Positions 59,269 to 64,000 of a stretch of DNA of 64,000 nt are shown here, one piece after another. This DNA comes from an uncultured Candidatus Saccharibacteria bacterium (GTDB lineage Bacteria; Patescibacteriota; Saccharimonadia; Saccharimonadales; Saccharimonadaceae). The stretch is taken from assembly GCA_937975975.1 (NCBI GenBank), contig CALJTR010000011.1:21767-85766 (forward strand), read 5' to 3'. The position numbers and the translations under genes were made by a program. Numbering within the stretch: the first letter of the stretch is position 1; each line of letters opens with the position of its first letter. Under the pieces are notes generated by a model that had not been told where the DNA came from, ran no database searches, and saw nothing but the letters and a program-made list of their open reading frames with translations.

Positions 59269-60615
59269 TTATTTTCTATCCAATACAACTAGATGTTCTA
59301 TATGTGGCGTGTGAGGGAAAAAGTTGTAGCCGCGGTGGGCGCGGATGTCGTACTTTTCGGTGAGGAGAGCGGTGTCGCGGGCTTGGGTAACGGGGTTGCA
59401 GCTGAGGTAGATAATGCGCGGCGGCGCAGTTTCGAGTAATTTGGCGATGACGTCGGCATGCAAGCCAGCGCGCGGCGGGTCAACGATGACAACGTGGTTA
59501 GGGGTGATGAAGTCGAGGGCTTTTTCGCTGGGAGCGAGGACAGCGCGGGCATTAGCGCGCCCGAGAGCGGTAATATTGCGCTGCATTTCAGCGACGGCGG
59601 ACTCGTTGATTTCGATGAGCGTGACATTTTTGCCGCCGATAGTCAGCCCGATCGTACCGACGCCGGCGTAAAGGTCAATCACTGGGAGATTCTCCTCGCC
59701 GGTGTCATTACTCGCAGGCGTTGTGCATTTTGGATAGGAAACCCACTCCCGCATATCGCGCAAAGCTTGCTCGTACACAGGTATATTTACCTGAAAGAAT
59801 CCTTCGCAGGCGTAGCGAAATGGCGTGCCAAGAATCATATCGGTGAGTGTGGTATCGCCAAATTTTGCGAGGCGCGCGGTGATGCGGCTAGCTGGGCTGC
59901 GCGGGTCAGAATAGATGACCTCCCCGCCCTGCGCGGGTAGCGTTTCTGCTTCTTCGTGCGTAATGATATTTGGCAGCCTATCTTTTATATACAGCTGCCA
60001 GACACAGCTCCCCCGTTGATTACTACGAATGAGTAATGTTTTTAATTGGCGGGCAGAGATATGCTTGCGGCGTAGCATATCGCGAACGCTATGCGCGAGC
60101 ACGATGACTTCGGGTGGCAATAAACTACATTCATTGACGATGATTTTGCCTTTACTGCCACGACGGAAGAATGCGAGGTCAAGCGTATCGGGGTGCGATT
60201 CGCCTGCTCTCTCGCTAAACCAGCTAAATTCTACCTTATTGCGGTATTGAAATTCGCGTCCATCAGTATACACGTTGATTTTGTGCGGCAATACAATAGC
60301 ATGCAGCTTAAAGGCTTCTTCAATCAGCGCTGCCTTGTAGTGCTGTTCGGCGCTAAACGTCATGATTTGCCACGGGCTTGTGCTCAGGTAGCTATCGGCG
60401 TCGCGCGGTGCGATGCGCTCGGGCGAGGCGTGCAGGACTTCGGTGACGATGCCTTCAATAAAGTGCGCTTTCTTTTTTGTTAGGCGAAATGTCACGGTTT
60501 CGTCTGGTAATCCACCCCACACGAAACATTTGCGTCCATCGCTTAGCGTTCCGAGTGCTTGCCCGCCGCCGACAATCTTTTCGAGCGTCACTGTTTCGTA
60601 TCGTGGCTGTTTCAC
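59269..60615 (-). CDS. 23S rRNA (uracil-C5)-methyltransferase RlmD/RumA family (TRAM plus class I SAM MTase)
   Basis: N-terminal TRAM 'VTLEKIVGGGQALGTLSDGRKCFVWGGLPDETVTF'. 'FFQVN' plus the SAM-binding 'VIDLYAGVGTIGL'. C-terminal 'DPPRAGL'. Confidence 0.75.
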   Translation of the reverse strand: MKQPRYETVTLEKIVGGGQALGTLSDGRKCFVWGGLPDETVTFRLTKKKAHFIEGIVTEVLHASPERIAPRDADSYLSTSPWQIMTFSAEQHYKAALIEEAFKLHAIVLPHKINVYTDGREFQYRNKVEFSWFSERAGESHPDTLDLAFFRRGSKGKIIVNECSLLPPEVIVLAHSVRDMLRRKHISARQLKTLLIRSNQRGSCVWQLYIKDRLPNIITHEEAETLPAQGGEVIYSDPRSPASRITARLAKFGDTTLTDMILGTPFRYACEGFFQVNIPVYEQALRDMREWVSYPKCTTPASNDTGEENLPVIDLYAGVGTIGLTIGGKNVTLIEINESAVAEMQRNITALGRANARAVLAPSEKALDFITPNHVVIVDPPRAGLHADVIAKLLETAPPRIIYLSCNPVTQARDTALLTEKYDIRAHRGYNFFPHTPHIEHLVVLDRK

Positions 60616-60714
60616 TATCCTATCTTACCGGTTTTGTAGATGTTTGAAAAGCTTGATTGCCAGAGTTTATGCTACAATGGAAAAAATAATGACTTGGAGT
60701 GAGGGGTAGGTGTT

Positions 60715-61299
60715 GTGCGGAAAATGAGGCAGCGAATTTTGATATATGGCGATTCAAATGTATGGGGTGCGCGTTTTGGAGGAAGCCGCGTACCGCATAG
60801 CCGCCGCTGGGCGAACCAAGTGCGTCGCATGTTGCGCGGGAGGGCGGATATTACTACTAATGGCGTATGCGGACGCGTTGCAGGCAGTTTTCGTACTGAT
60901 AAGCCGCATAAAAATGGACACGATTATTTTGTTGAATGTTTACATGCAGCACTTCCCGTCGGCTTGGTGATTATTGCACTCGGTACGAATGATTTGCAGC
61001 AACGATTTCACCGAACGGCCGATGATATCATAGCTGATCTAACATGGTATGCTGAATGCGCTAGTGGTGTGCGCGTCGTATATATTTTGCCACCACCGTT
61101 TGCGGTTGACGATACATCTGGGCCGGAATTTACATCGGAGTCGCTTGCGGTACAGCAGCAGCTAATAACGCGTCGTGCCGAGCTGGGCGATACGATTGTG
61201 CTGGGTAGGCTTCCACTGTCTGACGGATTACATTTTTCACCGCGCGGGCACGACAGAGTTGCAAAAATAGTCAGAAATTACATTCGAAAAAAGCTGTAA
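60715..61299 (+). CDS. SGNH/GDSL-family hydrolase
   Basis: Block I 'ILIYGDSNVWG' with the GDS nucleophile. Block III 'GTNDL'. Block V 'DGLHFSPRGHDRVA' (DxxH). Confidence 0.7.
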   Translation: MRKMRQRILIYGDSNVWGARFGGSRVPHSRRWANQVRRMLRGRADITTNGVCGRVAGSFRTDKPHKNGHDYFVECLHAALPVGLVIIALGTNDLQQRFHRTADDIIADLTWYAECASGVRVVYILPPPFAVDDTSGPEFTSESLAVQQQLITRRAELGDTIVLGRLPLSDGLHFSPRGHDRVAKIVRNYIRKKL

Positions 61300-61312
61300 C
61301 GGAAACAACGCC

Positions 61313-63712
61313 TTAGTTTGTTTGCCCGTGCCACGCTTCTTCGGCGGTTTGCGCTTCGCCGCGCGCTGCTGGCCATACCCAGGCGTCAATCTCTGGTAAA
61401 TCAACGCCGTTTGCTTTGATGTAGGCGGTGTTTTCGTCGATTTTCGCTTGGTAGATTGCAGCGCGGTGTTCAGCCTCTTCAAACGGCATGATACCGCACC
61501 GTCCGAGTTGCCGCAGCGCAGCGATCGCGAGATCGTAGCGGCTGGTCTCGTTGCGTACGTGCATGTCAAACGGTGTCGTCGTGCTGCCGATTTCCTTGTA
61601 GCCGCGAATGTCAAAGCGGTGCGAATGTACGTCGTAGTTAAATAGAATCGACTTGAGCGTTTGCGGATAGCCGTGGAAATTGAAAATAACCGGTTTGTCG
61701 TGGGTAAAAATCTCGTCGAATTTCTTTTGCGTTGCAACATTGCGCAGCGTGCCAAGCCCCATGGTCGTTAGGCTGGACACATTGACGCAGCGGATTCTTG
61801 CAGCTGGACACTCGGTTTTGATGATATCAATTGCTGCCATCGTTTCCTTTGTCGGGTAGTCGCCGCAAGCTGCCATTACAATATCTGGGCTTTCATCGCT
61901 AGCGAAATCCCAAATCATCAAACCTTCGCTGACCTGCTGGCGTGCTAATTCGGTTGATAGCCAGCGTGGCTCAAGCGTTTTACCGGCAACGAGCGCGTTG
62001 ATTTGACGCACGCTTGATAGCATTTCTTCAAGGCATACGAGCGTGACATTGCCGTCTGATGGAAAATAAACGTTCGAAAAGTTGCTTTGGCGGCGCAGAA
62101 TGTCATCAATAAAGCCAGGGTTTTGATGGCTGAAGCCGTTGTGATCTTGCCGCCAGCCGCTTGATGTGAGAATATAATTCAGGCTCGGAATCGTGCCGCG
62201 CCAAGCGACGCTACGGCTTTGTGTGAGGAATTTAGCATATTGATCAACCATGCTTGAGACAACTTGCAAGAATGCCTCGTAGCTTGCGAACATTGCGTGG
62301 CGACCAGTTAAGACGTAGCCTTGCATTAGACCTTGCATATTGTGCTCGCTGAGCATCTCCATGACGCGCCCGTCTTGCGAGAGATCCTTGTCCCAGCTCA
62401 TGATCGGCCACTGCCAGCTGCGGCTGGTAGCTTGGAAAATTTCATCAAGTTTATTTGAATATGTTTCGTCTGGGCTCATGAAACGAAAATTTTTGTTGTC
62501 AGCATTTTGGCGGAAGACCTCTGCTAAATAGGCGCCGGCGCGTCGCATACTGCTTGAGCCGATTGTACCGGGCGTTTCGGCATCTTCGGCGAAGTCGTTG
62601 ATATTCGGTAATATGAGTGGTTTATAAACACCATCGCCGCCGTGCGCGTGTTTACTCATACCGAGGCGTTTTTCAGGCGTGCTTGGCAAAATATCGCCTA
62701 CGAAGTCTCCAAATCCGGTGAGCTCGCTAAACAGTTCGTTAAACTTATAGCTCTTTAGCCAGTGGTTTAAGATCTTCAGTTGTTCAGGGTCGGACTTTGC
62801 CTCGCTGAGTACGGTCTGGTGTGCTAGGCAGTTCCCCTCAATTTTATTACCTTCAACCTCTTTTGGACCCGTCCATCCTTTGAGCGTGCGCATAACAATC
62901 ATCGGCATGCGTGGTGCAATTTTGTCGCTGCTAGCGCGAATTTCCGCAACGAGCGCATGCGCCCATTCAAGCGCTGCTGCCATCTCGTCGTGCGGGTCAA
63001 CACCTTCTTTTGTCGCGTCGACAATACGAGGTTCGTAACCGTAGCCGCTGAATAATGTCATTAGTTCGTAATTGCTCATACGCCCGAATACAGTTGGCGC
63101 GGAAATTTTGTAGCCGTTGAGATGAAGAATCGGCAGTACGACACCGTCCTTGCGCGGATTGAATAGCTTGTTCAAATGCCATGCGCCAGCGGTTGGACCG
63201 GTTTCTGCTTCACCGTCTCCTATTAAGCATGCTACTAGTAGGTTGGGATTATCCATCGCGGCGCCATAGCTCGTGCTAAGTGCGTAGCCAAGCTCCCCAC
63301 CCTCTAGAATGACGCCGGGCGTTTCGGGATTTGAATGGCTAGGAAACCCGTACGGCCAGCTAAATTCACGGCATAGTTTGCGGATACCGGCGAGATTCGG
63401 TTGCATGCTTTGATCAAAATGCCCAAGCGTGCCTTCAAGGAACAAGTTGGCTTGCAGTGCCGGGAACCCATGTCCCGGACCAAGCACAAACATAGCATCT
63501 TGATCGTGTTGTTTTGCGAAGTAGCTGAGGTGCGCGTATGCGAAATTAATCCCCGGTCCGCTGCCCCAGTGTCCTAAAATGCGCGATTTTACGTCGTCAA
63601 ATGTAACGTCGCGGCTGAGTAGATGGTTTTCTGCTAGAAAAATTTGCGCCACAGTCAGGTAATCAACTGCACGCAAGTATTGTTTGATAGATTGTTTATC
63701 GTGCGTCTTCAT
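61313..63712 (-). CDS. xfp: Phosphoketolase (xylulose-5-P/fructose-6-P phosphoketolase)
   Basis: 'ILGHWGSGPGINFAYAHLSY' and 'EGGELGYALSTSYGA' are phosphoketolase signatures. ThDP motifs. 799 aa. Confidence 0.9.
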   Translation of the reverse strand: MKTHDKQSIKQYLRAVDYLTVAQIFLAENHLLSRDVTFDDVKSRILGHWGSGPGINFAYAHLSYFAKQHDQDAMFVLGPGHGFPALQANLFLEGTLGHFDQSMQPNLAGIRKLCREFSWPYGFPSHSNPETPGVILEGGELGYALSTSYGAAMDNPNLLVACLIGDGEAETGPTAGAWHLNKLFNPRKDGVVLPILHLNGYKISAPTVFGRMSNYELMTLFSGYGYEPRIVDATKEGVDPHDEMAAALEWAHALVAEIRASSDKIAPRMPMIVMRTLKGWTGPKEVEGNKIEGNCLAHQTVLSEAKSDPEQLKILNHWLKSYKFNELFSELTGFGDFVGDILPSTPEKRLGMSKHAHGGDGVYKPLILPNINDFAEDAETPGTIGSSSMRRAGAYLAEVFRQNADNKNFRFMSPDETYSNKLDEIFQATSRSWQWPIMSWDKDLSQDGRVMEMLSEHNMQGLMQGYVLTGRHAMFASYEAFLQVVSSMVDQYAKFLTQSRSVAWRGTIPSLNYILTSSGWRQDHNGFSHQNPGFIDDILRRQSNFSNVYFPSDGNVTLVCLEEMLSSVRQINALVAGKTLEPRWLSTELARQQVSEGLMIWDFASDESPDIVMAACGDYPTKETMAAIDIIKTECPAARIRCVNVSSLTTMGLGTLRNVATQKKFDEIFTHDKPVIFNFHGYPQTLKSILFNYDVHSHRFDIRGYKEIGSTTTPFDMHVRNETSRYDLAIAALRQLGRCGIMPFEEAEHRAAIYQAKIDENTAYIKANGVDLPEIDAWVWPAARGEAQTAEEAWHGQTN

Positions 63713-63818
63713 ATTAACTGTATTATAAAGCTTATGGTTATGTTTTGCTAGAGCATTGTGCTGGGTTGGGTTGTTGCGGTATACTGTAAATGGTAGTAAA
63801 TATTATCAGGAGGCGATT

Positions 63819-64000
63819 ATGAGCAAGCTGACGGATATTATTTCATTAACTCATCAAGACGCAGAGCGTCTAGCACGGGCGGGTGTGTACACGATAAAAC
63901 ACCTACTCTTAGCTGGATCAACATCGGCCGGTCGAATGTGGCTCGCCGATCGGTCGGGGCTAGACGATCATGTAGTAAAGCGCTGGGTGCACCAAGCTGA
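63819..64000 (+). CDS. Partial CDS (5' end only), hypothetical; HhH/DUF4332-like N-terminus
   Basis: SD 'AGGAGG' upstream. Runs off the window end. Confidence 0.35.
   Translation, partial: MSKLTDIISLTHQDAERLARAGVYTIKHLLLAGSTSAGRMWLADRSGLDDHVVKRWVHQA

Overview
This 64 kb window reads as a compact, gene-dense bacterial chromosome segment. Coding regions are about 55-60% GC, genes frequently overlap by 4-8 bp, and GTG/TTG start codons are common. The cell-envelope signals are monoderm: a sortase, an LPXTG protein and lipobox signal peptides. The gene content (phosphoketolase, F-type ATPase, many small membrane proteins, no biosynthetic operons) would fit a reduced-genome organism such as a CPR/Saccharibacteria-like lineage. 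That placement is inference, not proof.

Housekeeping genes I can support:
- A complete F-type ATP synthase operon: atpZ-like gene, then atpB, atpE, atpF, atpH, atpA, atpG, [inserted gene], atpD, atpC.
- gltX, smpB, tRNA-Glu(CUC) and tRNA-Leu(CAA).
- HtpX, exonuclease III, cytidylate kinase and a Dus-family tRNA dihydrouridine synthase.
- An RlmD-like RNA methyltransferase, an ABC-F protein, a P-type cation ATPase and a phosphoketolase.
- Two GT4 glycosyltransferases, a NUDIX protein and a UvrD/AddA-like helicase-nuclease fusion.
- Two histidine kinase / response regulator pairs whose regulators lack output domains.

The most striking accessory content is a minus-strand cluster at 6.9-14.7 kb. 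It encodes a 1025-aa protein with a lipase class 3 domain plus RTX and haemolysin-type calcium-binding repeats and no signal peptide. Next to it is a degenerate C39-like peptidase domain interrupted by an in-frame stop. The cluster also holds a membrane-anchored 251-aa partner protein and a 928-aa Trp/Cys-rich beta-helix lipoprotein that is translationally coupled to a small membrane protein. I read it as a candidate secreted-effector or host-interaction locus.

Other notable items:
- A sortase with a long disordered N-terminal region sits next to an LPHTG-anchored surface protein. That protein carries five 33-aa Cys-containing tandem repeats and is driven by a near-consensus sigma70 promoter.
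- A second putative sortase substrate is a secreted EEP-family nuclease with a PPNTG-type C-terminal sorting signal.
- A YtoQ / nucleoside-2-deoxyribosyltransferase-like gene sits between atpG and atpD, overlapping both.
- A response regulator carries a roughly 380-aa Pro/Thr-rich tail that contains a 44-bp intragenic direct repeat.
- A roughly 400-nt structured ncRNA locus between dus and the helicase gene is best explained as a divergent RNase P RNA.
- A roughly 2.5 kb block at 56.7-59.3 kb is made of two GC-rich ORF-free stretches flanking a low-GC island of short, unrecognised ORFs. It may be decayed or foreign DNA, or may hold further ncRNA.

I found no CRISPR array, rRNA, transposase or integrase.
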